A stretch of DNA of 64,000 bases from an uncultured Spirochaetota bacterium (GTDB lineage: Bacteria; Spirochaetota; Spirochaetia; SZUA-6; Fen-1364): positions 480,001 through 544,000 of the forward strand of contig CAWAHW010000007.1 of NCBI GenBank assembly GCA_963781885.1, given 5' to 3'. How positions within the stretch are numbered: the first letter of the stretch is position 1; each line of letters opens with the position of its first letter. This document shows positions 40,713 through 54,325 of the stretch, piece after piece. Under the pieces are notes generated by a model, which did no database searches, had not been told where the DNA came from, and worked only from the letters and a program-made list of their open reading frames with translations. The position numbers and the translations under genes were made by a program.

Positions 40713-41212
40713 GGGGAATCCCTTTCATAGTCCACGAAGCGATGCGGGTAAGGGCTGTCGGGATCGGTGGATGCGGTCTCCGCCACGATGCGCCACTCCG
40801 ACCATGCCACCTCGGGAAAGAGCGTGTCGCCCGGCACGTCGGCGTCGATCCACGTGATGAGGAGCTTGTCGGCTATCGGGAGAAAGAGGCGGTAGACCTC
40901 CGCGCCGCCGATGACGAAAAGCTCGTCTGCAAGAGAAGCCTTGGAAGATGCCGCTGCCGCGATGGCCTCGTCGACGGCGTGCACGACCGCACACCCGTTT
41001 ATCGTCAAGGAGGGTGAGCGCGTGAGCACGATGTTCCGCCGTCCGGGGAGAGGCCCCCGCAGCGATTCGAACGTGCCCCTTCCCATGACGACCGCATGGC
41101 CTGCCGTGATGCGGGCGAACCTCCGCATGTCGTCAGGGAGCCTCCACGGGAGCCTGCCCTTGTTTCCGATCACGCGATTCGCCGCTACCGCCGCGATGAG
41201 GGAGACTGTCAT
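40709..41212 (-). CDS. folA: Dihydrofolate reductase
   Basis: VIGNKGRLPWRLPDD, VVMGRGTFES, PLPGRRNIV, VIGGAEVY, GDTLFP. Confidence 0.96.
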   Translation of the reverse strand: MTVSLIAAVAANRVIGNKGRLPWRLPDDMRRFARITAGHAVVMGRGTFESLRGPLPGRRNIVLTRSPSLTINGCAVVHAVDEAIAAAASSKASLADELFVIGGAEVYRLFLPIADKLLITWIDADVPGDTLFPEVAWSEWRIVAETASTDPDSPYPHRFVDYERDSP

Positions 41213-41221
41213 GGCGCGCCT

Positions 41222-42016
41222 CTACACCGCGATGTCGCCCCGGATGCGCGGATGGGGGTTGTAGCCCTCGATGGTCACGTCCGGGAACTGGAAGGAGAAG
41301 ATGTCCTTCACGTCGGGATTGAGGTGGAGGGTCGGCAGGGGACGCGGTTCCCGCTCCAGCTGCTGCCGGATCTGTGCCTGGTGGTTGGCGTAGATGTGCG
41401 CGTCGCCGAGGGTGTGGATGAACTCGTGCGGCGTGAGGCCGCAGACCTGGGCCACCATGCACGTGAGGAGGCTGTAGGAGGCGATGTTGAACGGCACGCC
41501 GAGGAAGACGTCGGCGCTGCGCTGGTAGAGCTGGCAGGAAAGCCCGCCGTCGGCCACGTAGAACTGGAACAGGCAGTGGCAGGGCGCGAGCGCCATCCGG
41601 TCGATCTCGGCGACGTTCCAGGCGGAGACCACGTGCCGGCGCGACCATGGCTGGGATCGAAGCTGCTGCACCACGGTCGCGATCTGGTCGATCGTCGTTC
41701 CGTCCGCTGCAGGCCAGGACCTCCATTGCTTGCCGTACACCGGGCCGAGCTCGCCGTCGGCGTCCGCCCACTCGTCCCAGATATGGACCCCCGCTGCCTG
41801 GAGCGGGCGGACATTCGTCTCCCCCCGCAGAAACCATAGCAGCTCGTGGACGATGGCGTCGATCTTGAGCTTCTTCGTCGTGAGGAGCGGGAACCCCTCC
41901 CGCAGATCGAAGCGCATCTGGTGGCCGAATATGCTGCGCGTCCCGGTGCCCGTCCTGTCGGGCCTGTCCACCCCGTGCAGCATGATCTGTCGGGCAAGAT
42001 CGAGGTATTGCTTCAT
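41222..42016 (-). CDS. thyA: Thymidylate synthase
   Basis: [54 protein letters not shown]. Confidence 0.98.
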   Translation of the reverse strand: MKQYLDLARQIMLHGVDRPDRTGTGTRSIFGHQMRFDLREGFPLLTTKKLKIDAIVHELLWFLRGETNVRPLQAAGVHIWDEWADADGELGPVYGKQWRSWPAADGTTIDQIATVVQQLRSQPWSRRHVVSAWNVAEIDRMALAPCHCLFQFYVADGGLSCQLYQRSADVFLGVPFNIASYSLLTCMVAQVCGLTPHEFIHTLGDAHIYANHQAQIRQQLEREPRPLPTLHLNPDVKDIFSFQFPDVTIEGYNPHPRIRGDIAV

Positions 42017-44809
42017 GCCGAAAGGCCTCCCGGCGCCGCGCGCCGATGTCCCAGGCGGAAACCAAGCTTCAGGAGCTCGTCGGCAATCGCGGGGATGACG
42101 AGCAGGGGCGCAAGATACAGCCACGCGGCGCCGGTGAGGGGCACGGCGTTGAAGACGCCGTTCAGACCGGGGATATAGACGACCGCCATCAGGAGCGCGC
42201 CGGAGGAGAGCGCCGCGTACTGCATCCACGCGTTGCTGAAAACCCCAAGGGCAAAGACGGACGCCCGCTCGGACCGCGTGGTATAGGCGCGGAGGATCTG
42301 GCATCCCGACAGCGTGACGAAGGCCATGGTCTGTCCGATGCCGGCCGCGCCGAAGACGCGCATGCCCACCCACAACGCGTACAGGCTGACGGCGGTGATC
42401 GCGACCGCCTGGACCGCGAGGCCGATGGCCATCGAGCCGCTGATGATGGGCTCCCGCACGGGCCGCGGCGGCCGCGTCATGATGCCCGGCTCGCCCTTCT
42501 CCATGCCCAGCGCGAGGGCGGGCGCGCCGTCGGTGATCAGGTTCATCCAGAGCAGCTGGATCGCCGTGAGCGGGATGGGCCATCCCAGCAGCGTGCCGAG
42601 GAAGATCGTGCCGATCTCCCCGAGATTGCAGGACAGCAGGAAGTACACGAACTTGCGGATGTTGGAGAAGATGATGCGTCCCTGCTCCACCGCCGCGATG
42701 ATGGACGCGAAGTTGTCGTCCGTGAGCACCATGTCGGCGGTCTCCCTCGTGACGTCGGTGCCCGTGATGCCCATCGCGATGCCGATATCGGCATGCTTCA
42801 GCGCCGGCGCGTCGTTCACGCCGTCTCCCGTCATGCCGACCACCCTGCCTTTTGCCCGCAGGGAATCCACGATGCGCACCTTGTGCTGGGGCGATACGCG
42901 CGCAAAGACGGTGGTCGTGTCGAGCGCCGCGGCCAGGGCGGCGTCATCCATCGCTTCGATCTGACGGCCGGCAAGGACGCCGCCCGTCTCACCGCACAGC
43001 CCGATTTTGCGCCCGATGGCAGCCGCGGTCTCGGGATAGTCGCCCGTGACCATGATGACGTCGATACCGGCGGCGTGCGCCTTCTGGATCGCGGGGGCCG
43101 CCTCGGGCCGCGCGGGATCCATCATGCCGATGAGCCCCACGAAGGTGAGCGCGGCTTCCAGCGCCGGCGGCGCGGCGCCTGCCGGCAGCCCCGCGAGGGT
43201 ACGATAGGCGACGCCGAGGACGCGCAGCGCACGCGCCGCCAGACCGGCATTCACCTCGAGGATGGCGCGGCGGTCGGACGGCGTGAGAGGCAGGGTCTCT
43301 CCCGCTCGACGGAGAAAGCTGCACTGTTCCAGGAGCAGGTCGGGCGCTCCCTTCACGAACATGACAAATGGCGCGGCGCCCGGCCCGGGAACGCCGACTG
43401 CCTCCGGTCCCGGCATCGCGCCGGAAGGCAGGCGATGGATGGTGCTCATGCGCTTGCGCTCGGCGTCGAATGGGATCTCGGCGACGCGCGGGTACAGGCG
43501 TTCCACCTTTTCGCGGTGGAGCCCCGCCTTTGCCGCGGCGACCACGAGCGCCCCCTCGGTGGGATCCCCCACCATGCGGTGCACCGTTTCCGCACCTGCC
43601 GTGGATTCCACTTCCAGGCGCGCGTCGCTCGCGAGCATGCCCGCCTGGAGGAGGAACCGGACCGCGGCATGATCGCGAAGCTCGGCGCGGCGCGCCTCTT
43701 CCTGTACCTCCCCGCGCGGTTGCCAGCCTTCCCCGGTGATGGTGAACAGGCCGCCGTCGGCCCACAGGTGCGTCGCGGTCATCTCGTTCTGCGTGAGGGT
43801 GCCCGTCTTGTCGGTGCAGACCGTCGTGGCACTGCCGAGCGTCTCCACCGCGGGGAGCCGGCGGATCAAGGCATGCCGCTTGATCATCTCCTGCATGCCC
43901 AGCGCAAGACAGATTGTCACGATGGCCGGAAGCCCTTCCGGCACCGCCGCGATGGCGAGGCTCACGGCGGTCATGAACATCGTGAGAATATTGCGCCCCT
44001 CGATGACCCCCACGAGGAACACCACGGCGCAGATGACCAGGGCCCCGATGCCCAGCCATTTGCCCACCTGCGTGAGCTTCTTCTGCAGCGGCGTCTCCGG
44101 GGCGACGTCATCCTGCAGCATTGCGGCGATCAGCCCGATCTGCGTGCCCATGCCCGTGCCCGTGACGATGCCCCGACCCCTGCCGAACGTGACGGTGGTT
44201 CCCATCCATGCCATCGAGGTGCGGTCCCCAAGGGCGGCGGACTCCTCCACGACCGCGTCCGCCTGTTTTTCCACCGGCACCGATTCGCCGGTGAGGGATG
44301 CCTCCTCCACGCGCAGGTTGGCCGTTTCGGTGAGGCGCACGTCGGCAGGCACGTGGTATCCCGCCTCCAGGAGCACGACGTCCCCGGGCACCAGGTCGCG
44401 GGACGGCACGACAAGGCTCCTGCCGCCGCGCACCACGCGCGCGTCGGGCGCCGCCATCCTGCGCAGCGCGGCCAGTGCCTGCTCTGCCCGCGACTCCTGG
44501 ATGACGCCGATCACGGCATTGAGGATCACGAGCAGCACGATCGCTGCCGCGTCCACCCATTCGCCCAGGACGATGGAAACGACGGCCGCGCCAATGAGGA
44601 TGAGAACCAGGAAGTCCTTGAACTGGTCGACCAGGAGGGAAAGGAATCCGGGTCGCGGCTTCTCCGCAAGCTCGTTGCGGCCGGTGGCCGCGAGCCTTTC
44701 CGCGGCGACAGCGGGTGCAAGCCCCGCCGCCGGGTCGGTCTCCAACGCCGATGCGACGGCCGCCGGGGACTGGGCATGCCAGGCCGCGGCGGCCCGGACC
44801 CATCGTCAC
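42013..44809 (-). CDS. P-type IIA cation (probably Ca2+) transporting ATPase, probable frameshift just after the start
   Basis: [48 protein letters not shown]. In-frame [13 protein letters not shown] lies upstream of the TTG at 44745; a GTG/ATG at 44809/44803 overlapping the hisG stop joins if one G is removed. Confidence 0.92.
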
Positions 44810-45702
44810 AACGTGTCGCTCCGATTGACGACCTTGTTGAGCGGGTACTCGATGATGCCGTCGGCGCCCTTCTCGATCAGCTGCGGGACCAGCTCGCGCA
44901 CGACCGATTCGCGCACGATGATCTCCACGGAGAACCACGCCGTGTCGTGCAGGCGCGCCACGGTGGGGGAGGTGAGGCTGGGCAGGAGGCCCACCACCTC
45001 GGTGAAGCTCGCTTCCGGCACGTTCATCTTGAGGCCCACCATGTTCTCCGCGGCAAGCGCGCCGCGCAGGAGGAGCGCGATGTGCTGGATCTTGCGCTTC
45101 TTCACCGGGTCCTTCATGGCGGCCTTGTTCGCGATCAGCTTCGTGTTCGTCTCCAGGAGCGTGTGGACGATCTTGAGGCCATTGGCGCGGAGCGTCGTTC
45201 CCGTTTCCGTCACCTCCACGATCGCGTCCACCAGGCCGTCCACCGCCTTTGCCTCCGTGGCGCCCCAGGAGAACTCGACCTTCACCGGGATGTTCCGCTC
45301 GGCGAACCAGCGCTTCGTGAATCCCACGAGCTCAGTGGAGATGGTCTTTCCCGCGCAATCCTCGGGCTTGTTGATGGGCGACGAGGCAGGACAGGCGAGG
45401 ACCCAGCGTGCCTTCGTCGTGCTTGCCTTGGAGTAGATGAGGTCTGTCACCACGTCCACGTCGGCGTCGTTTTCCAGTATCCAGTCCAGGCCCGTGAGCC
45501 CGGCGTCCAGGACGCCATTCTCCACGTAACGCGCCATCTCCTGGGCGCGCACGAGATTGCACGTCACCTCGGGATCGTCTATGGAAGGAAAATAAGAGCG
45601 CTCCGAGACGGATATCTTCCACCCCGCCTTCTGGAAGAGCTCGATGGTGGCCCTCTCCAGGCTGCCCTTCGGCACGCCCAGCTTGATGATGCGTTCCTTC
45701 AT
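44806..45702 (-). CDS. hisG: ATP phosphoribosyltransferase (long form)
   Basis: [40 protein letters not shown]-terminal PSLTSPTV regulatory domain. Confidence 0.96.
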   Translation of the reverse strand: MKERIIKLGVPKGSLERATIELFQKAGWKISVSERSYFPSIDDPEVTCNLVRAQEMARYVENGVLDAGLTGLDWILENDADVDVVTDLIYSKASTTKARWVLACPASSPINKPEDCAGKTISTELVGFTKRWFAERNIPVKVEFSWGATEAKAVDGLVDAIVEVTETGTTLRANGLKIVHTLLETNTKLIANKAAMKDPVKKRKIQHIALLLRGALAAENMVGLKMNVPEASFTEVVGLLPSLTSPTVARLHDTAWFSVEIIVRESVVRELVPQLIEKGADGIIEYPLNKVVNRSDTL

Positions 45703-46082
45703 TTCTTTTCTCCATACACCTCGGCGGGGTCGAAGACCAGGACGCCGTCCGTGCGCAGGCCGTCCTTTTCCACCACGCGGTAGAAGCAGCTTCTGTAGCC
45801 GGTGTGGCAGGCGGCGTCCCCGATCTGCTTCACCCTGGCAAGGACGCAGTCCTCGTCGCAGTCGATGCGCAGCTCCTTCACCTCCTGGACATTGCCCGAG
45901 CTTTCCCCCTTCTTCCAGAGCTTGCCGCGCGACCTGCTCCAGTAATGCATGATGCCGGTGGAAAGGGTGAGCGCCCAGGACTGCTCGTTCATGAAGGCCA
46001 CCATGAGTATCTCACCGGTCTGCCAGTCCTGCGCCACCGCGGGGACCAGTCCGTCGAGCTTCGAGAAATCAAGCTTTACCAT
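45699..46082 (-). CDS. hisI: Phosphoribosyl-AMP cyclohydrolase
   Basis: [39 protein letters not shown]. Confidence 0.96.
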   Translation of the reverse strand: MVKLDFSKLDGLVPAVAQDWQTGEILMVAFMNEQSWALTLSTGIMHYWSRSRGKLWKKGESSGNVQEVKELRIDCDEDCVLARVKQIGDAACHTGYRSCFYRVVEKDGLRTDGVLVFDPAEVYGEKK

Positions 46083-46096
46083 AGAAGAAACCCCCT

Positions 46097-47350
46097 TCAG
46101 AGAGTCACGTCCGTGGCCCGTCGGCGATAGCTCGCGTCCGCGCCGAAGATAAGGTCGTAGGTGTCGATGGCGATCTGCAGCTCCTCGTTCGTCTCCACGA
46201 CCAGGATGGCGATGGGCGAATACGGGGTGGACACCAGGCCTTCCTGCGAGCCCAGCGATGTGTTGAGCCCGTAGTCCATGAATATGCCGAGATTCTCCAG
46301 CCGGTGGCAAATGCGCTCCCGCATCTTCACGCCGTTCTGCCCGATGCCGCCGGTGAAGACCAGCGCGTCGACCTTGACGAGATTCGCCACGTAGGCGCCG
46401 ACATACTTACGGACCCGGTACGCATAGACCTCCAGGGCCTGCACGGCGCGCTGGTTGCCTTTTGACGCTTCCACCTCCAGGTCGCGCAGGTCGTTGGAGA
46501 TGCCGGAAAGCCCGAGCAGGCCGCTCTTCTTGTTCAGGAGCGCGTTGACCTCGGTGGAGCTGTATCCGCGCCGCTCGAGGAAGTCGACAATGGCAGGATC
46601 GATGTCGCCGCTGCGCGTGCCCATCATGAGGCCTTCCAGGGGCGTGAAGCCCATCGACGTGTCGATCGACCTGCCGTGCTCGATGGCCGTGACGGAGGCG
46701 CCATTGCCCAGGTGGCAGGTGATGACGTTCGTGTTCTCGGGGAAGCGCTTCAGGATTTCCATGGCGCGCGACGCCACGTAGCGGTGGCTGGTGCCATGAA
46801 AGCCGTACCGGCGGATCTTGTACTTTTCGTACAGCTCGTAGGGCAGGCCGTAGAGGTATGCCGACGGCGGCATCGTCTGGTGGAAGGCGGTGTCGAAGAC
46901 CGCGACCTGCTTGAGGCCCGGAAGCACCCCTTGCGCCTCGCGGATGCCGATGAGATTGGGCGGGTTGTGCAGCGGCGCGAGCTCCACGTTCTTCTCGATG
47001 GCCGCCACGACCGCGTCGTCGATCACCGCCGACGCCGCGTACTGCTCTCCCCCGTGGACCACCCTGTGGCCGACACCGGCGATCTCGTCCAGGCTTTTCA
47101 GCGCGCCTCGCGCGGGGTCGGTGAGGGCCTCGCGGACGAGCTCCATGGCCGCCTTGTGGTGGGGTACCTGCACGTCGCGCGTGATGTCCCCCTTCGGCGT
47201 CTTCTGCGCGATCTTGCCCTTCAACTCACCGATGCGCTCAACGAGGCCCCTTCCCAGGCTGATGCGCTGCGGCATGCGCCACACCTCGTATTTCAGGGAG
47301 GAGCTGCCGCAGTTGATGACGAGGATGTTCCGGTCCGTCGCAGTTTGCAT
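46097..47350 (-). CDS. ackA: Acetate kinase
   Basis: [53 protein letters not shown]. Confidence 0.97.
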   Translation of the reverse strand: MQTATDRNILVINCGSSSLKYEVWRMPQRISLGRGLVERIGELKGKIAQKTPKGDITRDVQVPHHKAAMELVREALTDPARGALKSLDEIAGVGHRVVHGGEQYAASAVIDDAVVAAIEKNVELAPLHNPPNLIGIREAQGVLPGLKQVAVFDTAFHQTMPPSAYLYGLPYELYEKYKIRRYGFHGTSHRYVASRAMEILKRFPENTNVITCHLGNGASVTAIEHGRSIDTSMGFTPLEGLMMGTRSGDIDPAIVDFLERRGYSSTEVNALLNKKSGLLGLSGISNDLRDLEVEASKGNQRAVQALEVYAYRVRKYVGAYVANLVKVDALVFTGGIGQNGVKMRERICHRLENLGIFMDYGLNTSLGSQEGLVSTPYSPIAILVVETNEELQIAIDTYDLIFGADASYRRRATDVTL

Positions 47351-47441
47351 GGTGCACCTTCTCGACACTTTCTTACCAGAAAGCAGCCTTCTGTGCTACC
47401 GTGTGCGCAATCGAAGGGGGTGAGAGACAATCTCCAGCCTC

Positions 47442-48299
47442 GTGTACCACGCGGGCGCGCTCGGGGACTTCCTCACGGCGCTTCCCGCCATGGCCGTCTG
47501 GCGGCGCCTCCATCCGCACGAGCACTCCATTCTCCTGGGGCGACCCGCGCACGCCGCTCTTGCCGTCCCGCAATTCGACGAGGTATGGAACGTCGACGAT
47601 GCACGCTGGGCCCCGCTCTTTGCCTCTTCCCCTGCCATGCCGCCCGCCGCGATCCCGGCGTCACTCGTTTCCGCGCTTCTTTTCGCCTCTCCGCTTTCCC
47701 CGCTCGGAGACAATCTTGCGGCAGCGGGAGTGCGGGAGATCGTCCGGCATGCTCCATTTCCCGAGTCTCCGCAGCCGATCGTCGACTACCACCTGTCGAT
47801 TTTTCCGGCAACGGCGCTCCATGCCGACGACCGTCAGCCGCATGTCCGGATGGACGATGGAGAGCTCGACGCACGCGACACCGGCGTGGCCGCTCTCCAT
47901 CCCGGAAGCGGCAGTGCCTCGAAGAACTGGCCGGCGGCGGCGTTCAAGGAGCTCGCGCGAAGGTTTTTCCTGAGCGGCCTGAGGGTTGTATGGATCCGGG
48001 GGCCCGCCGAGCCGGCGGAGGCTCATTCGCGCGGGGAGCGCGTTTGGGACAGCCTGCCGCTTCCCGCCCTGGCGGCGCGCCTGACGCGTGCGGCGATCTA
48101 TGTCGGCAATGACTCCGGCGTGACGCACCTTGCAGCGGCCTGCGGTTGTCCGACGGTGGCGTTGTTCGGCGCGAGCGACGCACGGGTCTGGACGCCGCGA
48201 GGCGAAGCGGTGCGCGTCCTGGCGTCACCAAACACCATGAGCGGTATTACTGTTGAAGAATGTATCGAAGCGTGTCGGTGTTTTGTGACGCTGGAGTGA
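47442..48299 (+). CDS. Glycosyltransferase family 9 (heptosyltransferase-like)
   Basis: HAGALGDFL, HPGSGS..KNWP, YVGNDSGVTHLAAA, VALFG. Start uncertain, possibly GTG at 47420 with an indel. Confidence 0.85.
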   Translation: MYHAGALGDFLTALPAMAVWRRLHPHEHSILLGRPAHAALAVPQFDEVWNVDDARWAPLFASSPAMPPAAIPASLVSALLFASPLSPLGDNLAAAGVREIVRHAPFPESPQPIVDYHLSIFPATALHADDRQPHVRMDDGELDARDTGVAALHPGSGSASKNWPAAAFKELARRFFLSGLRVVWIRGPAEPAEAHSRGERVWDSLPLPALAARLTRAAIYVGNDSGVTHLAAACGCPTVALFGASDARVWTPRGEAVRVLASPNTMSGITVEECIEACRCFVTLE

Positions 48300-48387
48300 T
48301 GTTCGACGGAGCGCGGTCTTTCAACATCACCCTGGGCGACCATGCTGCCCGGTGAATCACGGGTGGTGCGCCGCGCGGCGGAAGGAA

Positions 48388-48420
48388 GCGCAGGGAAAGA
48401 GGTTCACTCTTTCCCTGCGC
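48388..48420 (-). terminator. Perfect 14-bp hairpin, probable terminator of the small basic-peptide gene
   Basis: GCGCAGGGAAAGAG-gttca-CTCTTTCCCTGCGC, 15 nt after the peptide stop; U-tract weak. Confidence 0.65.
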
Positions 48421-48435
48421 CGGAAGTCGACGTTG

Positions 48436-48528
48436 TTACTTCTTCTTCGCCGTCTTCTTGGCGGCCTTCTTCGCCGGCTTCTTCGCGACCTTCTTCGCGC
48501 CCTTCTTAGCAGTCTTCTTTACAGCCAC
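48436..48528 (-). CDS. 30-aa Lys/Ala-rich histone-H1-like peptide MAVKKTAKKGAKKVAKKPAKKAAKKTAKKK
   Basis: Translated by hand (below the ORF-track cutoff); GTG start, RBS GAGGGG, TAA stop, all 15 Lys encoded by AAG; own promoter and hairpin. Confidence 0.85.
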   Translation of the reverse strand: MAVKKTAKKGAKKVAKKPAKKAAKKTAKKK

Positions 48529-48567
48529 GGTTTCCCCTCTCGTCTCGTAGGATGAAATTCAATTCAG

Positions 48568-48596
48568 AGCATAGCGTTTCACGCGCCACTTGTCAA
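48568..48596 (-). promoter_or_regulatory. Sigma70 promoter of the small peptide gene
   Basis: Minus strand TTGACA, 17 nt spacer, TATGCT. Confidence 0.8.
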
Positions 48597-48845
48597 GAGT
48601 TTTACGCGACGTCGAAAAAAATTCCGTCGGTCCGGCACGCGGCGGTGCGACGCCTCCGAACGGCGCGGAGGAGGCGCTGTGAAGTCGTCGAACGCGTGTT
48701 AGGCGATAAAGTGCGCGGTTGCCGTCGCGCGTGCCGGGACGGTCTGCTCCCCGCCGCACGGCCGTCCGCCGCGACCTCGCGCGGCGGTTCCAGCGCTGCA
48801 GACGGCGGACGTGATGGTGACGGGACAGGAGTGGGTGGTGGATCG

Positions 48846-51429
<2,584 letters not shown>

Positions 51430-51432
51430 GAA

Positions 51433-52932
51433 CTAGAAGCCCTTCTTGAAGCCGGTGATCGCTTCTGACAACACCTCGGGCTGCGACAGCGTGCCGAGAT
51501 TGCGCACCCCCGCGAGGATGTCGGCCTGGTGGCTGCGCATATAATCCAGGAACTTGACCTCGAATTCGCGCACCCGCGCCACCGGCACGTCGTCCAGGAA
51601 GCCCCGCGTGGCGGCGTAGAGGATCATGACCTGCTCCTCCACGGGCATCGGGCTGTATTGCTGCTGCTTCAGCACTTCAACCATGCGCGCGCCGCGGGCG
51701 AGCTGGTTCTGCGTCGCTTTGTCCAGCTCCGTGCCCATCTGCGCGAATGCCTCCAGCTCGCGGTAGGCGGCAAGGTCGATGCGCAGCGAGCCGGCGACCT
51801 GCTTCATCGCCTTGATCTGCGCGTTGCCTCCGACGCGCGAGACGGAAAGCCCGACGTCGATGGCCGGCCGGATGCCCGCGTTGTACAGGTCCGTGCGGAG
51901 GTAGATCTGGCCGTCGGTGATGGAGATCACGTTCGTCGGGATATACGCCGAGACTTCGCCTTCCTGCGTCTCGATGAGAGGGAGCGCGGTGAGAGATCCA
52001 CCGCCCAATTCTTCGGACAGGCGCGCCGCACGTTCCAGCAGGCGCGAGTGCAGGTAGAAGACGTCGCCGGGATACGCCTCGCGTCCGGGCGGCCTGCGCA
52101 GGAGAAGGGCGAGCTGCCGATACGCGTTTGCCTGCCGCGAGAGGTCATCGTAGACGACGAGGGTGTCCTTGTGCTCGTCGTACATGAAATATTCCGCCAT
52201 CGCGCATCCCGCATATGGCGCGATGTACTGCAGGGACGCCGGCTCCGCAGCCGTGGCGGCCACGACGATGGTGTGCTCCATGGCCCCGTGCGACCGCAGC
52301 GCCTCCACGATGCCGGCAACCATTGATGCCTTCTGGCCCACCGCGACGTAGACGCAGATCACGTCCTTGCCCTTCTGGTTGATGATGGCGTCCATGGCAA
52401 GGGATTCACGGCCGTTGCCCCGGTCGCCGATGAGCAGCTCGCGCTGGCCCTTGCCGATGGGCACCATGGCGTCGATGGCTTTCACGCCCGTCTGGAGGGG
52501 TTCCCGCACGGACTGGCGGTCCTTGATGCCGGGCGCCTTGAACTCCACGGGCCGGGTCCGCACGGTCTTGATCGGGCCCTTGTCGTCGATGGGCACGCCC
52601 AGCGGGTTGACGACGCGCCCGATCAGCTCGCGGCCGACGGGAACCTCGAGGACCCGTCCGGTCCTGCGCACCTTGCCGCCCTCGTGGAGGTCCACGTAGT
52701 CGCCGAGGATGACCGCGCCGATGCTGTCCTCCTCCAGGTTCAGGGCGAGCCCGAACACGCCCGTCTCGAACTCCAGCATCTCCATGGCCATGGCCCCGCG
52801 CATGCCGTAGATGCGCGCGATGCCATCGCCCAGCTCCACCACCGTGCCGACGTCGTCGACGGCGAGGTCCTTGGAGTAGCTGCGGATCTCCTGCTTGATC
52901 CGCGATGATATCTCTTCCAGGTTGATGCGCAT
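51433..52932 (-). CDS. atpA: F1 ATP synthase alpha subunit (atypical P-loop)
   Basis: [56 protein letters not shown]. Confidence 0.98.
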   Translation of the reverse strand: MRINLEEISSRIKQEIRSYSKDLAVDDVGTVVELGDGIARIYGMRGAMAMEMLEFETGVFGLALNLEEDSIGAVILGDYVDLHEGGKVRRTGRVLEVPVGRELIGRVVNPLGVPIDDKGPIKTVRTRPVEFKAPGIKDRQSVREPLQTGVKAIDAMVPIGKGQRELLIGDRGNGRESLAMDAIINQKGKDVICVYVAVGQKASMVAGIVEALRSHGAMEHTIVVAATAAEPASLQYIAPYAGCAMAEYFMYDEHKDTLVVYDDLSRQANAYRQLALLLRRPPGREAYPGDVFYLHSRLLERAARLSEELGGGSLTALPLIETQEGEVSAYIPTNVISITDGQIYLRTDLYNAGIRPAIDVGLSVSRVGGNAQIKAMKQVAGSLRIDLAAYRELEAFAQMGTELDKATQNQLARGARMVEVLKQQQYSPMPVEEQVMILYAATRGFLDDVPVARVREFEVKFLDYMRSHQADILAGVRNLGTLSQPEVLSEAITGFKKGF

Positions 52933-52937
52933 GTTTC

Positions 52938-53474
52938 CTACCTTCCCTCCAGACCAAGCTTGAGGGTTTTCAACTGACCTTCAATGCTGAACTCGATCTC
53001 CTGGCCTTCGCTCTCCGCGACCAGGCCCCCGATGAGGGAGGGGCGGACATCGGTCTCGAGCTCCACGCGCGCCGACAGCCTCTTCTCGAGGGAGCGCGTG
53101 ATCCGCTCCTTCTCCTCCGCGTCCAGTGGAAACGCCGACGATACCTTCACCTTGCGCACGCCCCGCGCCAGCCGGGACAGTCTTTCGAATTCCTCCACGA
53201 CCTCGCCGATGAGCGCCGTGCGGCCGCGGTCCACCATCAGGAAGAGGAGATCGAGCACGCGGGCGTCCACGGTGTCCTGGAATCCCGCGCGCACGAGCTT
53301 CTTCTTTGTCACCCGGCTGATGAGCCTGTTGGAAAGAAATCCGCGCACCTCGCGGTCCGTGAAGAGCGCATCACGCGCGGCGCGCATGTCCGCTTCCACC
53401 GCGTCGGTGGAGGCGGTCTCCTGCGCGAGCTCGAAGAGCGCGCGGGCGTAGTTGCGGCCGACGATGCCGGTCAT
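52938..53474 (-). CDS. atpH: ATP synthase delta subunit
   Basis: [21 protein letters not shown]; operon position. Confidence 0.93.
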   Translation of the reverse strand: MTGIVGRNYARALFELAQETASTDAVEADMRAARDALFTDREVRGFLSNRLISRVTKKKLVRAGFQDTVDARVLDLLFLMVDRGRTALIGEVVEEFERLSRLARGVRKVKVSSAFPLDAEEKERITRSLEKRLSARVELETDVRPSLIGGLVAESEGQEIEFSIEGQLKTLKLGLEGR

Positions 53475-53482
53475 TGCCGTCC

Positions 53483-54007
53483 TCAGTTGCGGCCGGCGCC
53501 GGGCCCGCCCGGGGCGCCGCTGGACACGAGCTTCTCCGCGAACTCCTCCGCGAAGGCGCGGTTGTCCGCGCTGCCCGTCTCACGCTTAAGGATGGCATCC
53601 GCGATGGAGAAGGAAAGCGACACGACCTGGCCGCGCAGCGCCCGTTCGGCGTCCTCCTGGGCCCTTTCTATCTCGTGCGCCGCCCTGTCCTTCAGGTCCT
53701 GCGCCTCCACCTGCGACTGGCGGAGGATGTCCTCCTTCAGTCGTGAGGCTTCCACGCGTGCATCCTCGATGATCCGCGCGGCCTCCGCCCTGCCTTCGCG
53801 GATCTTCTGCTCGTACTCGGCAAGGACCGCACCGGCTTTTTCACCGGCCTTGCGGGCGGAGTCCAGGTCGGATGCGATTCTCTGCGACCTCTTGTCCAGG
53901 CCGCCGACGATCCTGTCCCACACCGTCAGGCGGAGCACGACGAGGATGATGCCGAATGTAATCCACAGCCAGATGACGAGGCCGGGATCGACGCGGAGAA
54001 GAGCCAT
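53483..54007 (-). CDS. atpF: F0 subunit b
   Basis: DPGLVIW TM helix, LDKRSQRI, long coiled coil. Confidence 0.93.
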   Translation of the reverse strand: MALLRVDPGLVIWLWITFGIILVVLRLTVWDRIVGGLDKRSQRIASDLDSARKAGEKAGAVLAEYEQKIREGRAEAARIIEDARVEASRLKEDILRQSQVEAQDLKDRAAHEIERAQEDAERALRGQVVSLSFSIADAILKRETGSADNRAFAEEFAEKLVSSGAPGGPGAGRN

Positions 54008-54019
54008 GGCGGGGCTTCC

Positions 54020-54298
<279 letters not shown>

Positions 54299-54325
54299 TC
54301 AGGGCATCCCCGCGGGGACGCCCGC

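Noticed and set aside
42046-45783. 1245-aa plus-strand ORF and other long antisense ORFs (133-1206, 14281-16590, 56947-58770, 61416-63494)
   Set aside because: Shadow frames opposite well-supported genes; expected at high GC; Arg-rich with no motifs.
48375-48395. CGGAAGGAAGC resembling SRP RNA domain IV
   Set aside because: Lacks the upstream CAGG and downstream AGCAG pairing; the sequence runs into the terminator hairpin.
48352-48555. Plus-strand Leu/Arg-rich 67-aa ORF
   Set aside because: It is the antisense of the Lys/Ala peptide; promoter, RBS and hairpin all support the minus strand.
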